Source: Halocafeteria seosinensis (Eukaryota). Taken from it: 64,000 nucleotides of DNA. Position 1 is the stretch's first letter. The number at the start of each line of letters is the position of its first letter. The stretch spans positions 62,001 through 126,000 of the forward strand of contig LVLI01000079.1 of assembly GCA_001687465.1 (NCBI GenBank). Reading direction: 5' to 3'. The translations under genes were made by a program, and so were the position numbers. Under the pieces are notes generated by a model that had not been told where the DNA came from, made no database searches, and saw only the letters and a program-made list of their open reading frames with translations. Below, one piece after another: positions 63,052 to 64,000 of the stretch.

Positions 63052-64000
63052 TTAGTGTCCCGTAGATTCGCGGTCCTCGCGAAGTGCCGCCTCTAGGGTT
63101 TCGAGTCTTTTTAAAGTCATCCCTCTTCCGTCGAGATGCTCTATTGCAGGAGGATTGTTCTTCGGGCCGTAGGCGTACCCAATGTTCCTCCGGCCAATCG
63201 GACCTTCTATACCTTTGCTACCCTTTTTCGCCCCCCGCGGATTTTTTGCGATGTATGGGATATGTCGCCTGTAGGGTGGAACCATAATCAAGTGAGGTCC
63301 GTTGGCCCGTCTAGCTGCTGCTCCAACGTCATCTCCCGCAATGCAAACTGTAATATGAGGGCCTTTGAACGGAATGGAGCACCGCTTCCTATTGCCTGTT
63401 CCCGCTGTAAACCCAAGATACTCGATGTTCAATTCCTCCATGCCTTGTATCAGGTCACTAATTGAATGGTTTACGCTTCTCCTTCTCAGCATCCAATCGT
63501 GCTCCAATTGTAGGGCGTACTTACTATGGGTATTCACCAATGATTTTCGGTAGCCATCAGCCAGGCCATGAGTCCTGATCACCTCTCCAAGTGTAGATAA
63601 CCTTGTCAGGTACTCACTGCAGTCGCGAGTTGACCTACTGGGGTGTACATAAACCCTTACATGGACTTTTTCAAGCCCAAAACCGTCAACGAAGCTGGAA
63701 AGGGTCAGGCGTGCCATCACAGTGCTGGATCCTGAACTCAAACAATTGGTAAACAAGTTAATGGTAAGCCAATCATGTATGTTGTCTGGTCGTGGTTTCC
63801 CTTCGATAAACATTTGCGGATATGTGGTACTTCTGCCGAACCATAATGAAAATACATCTTGTCCTACAAATAGAGTGAAGCCTCAGTAAAAACTCACTTT
63901 GCGTCTTCATTCAACAGGTTGGTTACCCTAGGAGAACTGTTTCGGTTGCTGTCCACGACGTCGCGCAATTCTGTCTTCCTGCATCTTCCAAAGCCGATAA
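63052..64000 (-). CDS. Putative glycosyltransferase-like protein, 5' end outside the window
   Basis: 253-aa ORF with YALQLEHDW (ExD, GT-A-like); probable short intron at ~63865-63898 and upstream exon(s). Confidence 0.5.

Overview
Eukaryotic nuclear DNA from a very compact, protist-like genome: short GT-AG introns of about 60-90 nt and very short intergenic spacers. I cannot identify the organism. A gene-dense core (~9-58.5 kb) holds WDR27-like, DUS2, kelch, Nudix, STI1/HOP, VMA12-like, a peroxisomal dehydrogenase-SCP2, ProRS, LETM1, MFSD5-like, RNase HII, HtrL-like and F-box/LRR genes. It is flanked by two islands of decayed mobile DNA (~4.7-8.9 kb and ~58.8-62.7 kb: Maverick/Polinton-type integrase fragments, hAT, RLE non-LTR, possible piggyBac). 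Most notable: (1) a highly divergent, intronless Sec61alpha/SecY paralogue with a rewritten plug region; (2) two tandem genes fusing RNI-like LRRs to an XK-type scramblase domain; (3) a membrane-anchored GH20 hexosaminidase fused to an EEP phosphoesterase, with endosomal sorting motifs; (4) an array of ten frame-symmetric duplicated micro-exons encoding PPPPQDYWDYDARS; (5) six convergent gene pairs whose stop codons lie only 6-12 nt apart. All family calls come from motif recognition by eye, not database searches, and exon boundaries are manual predictions.
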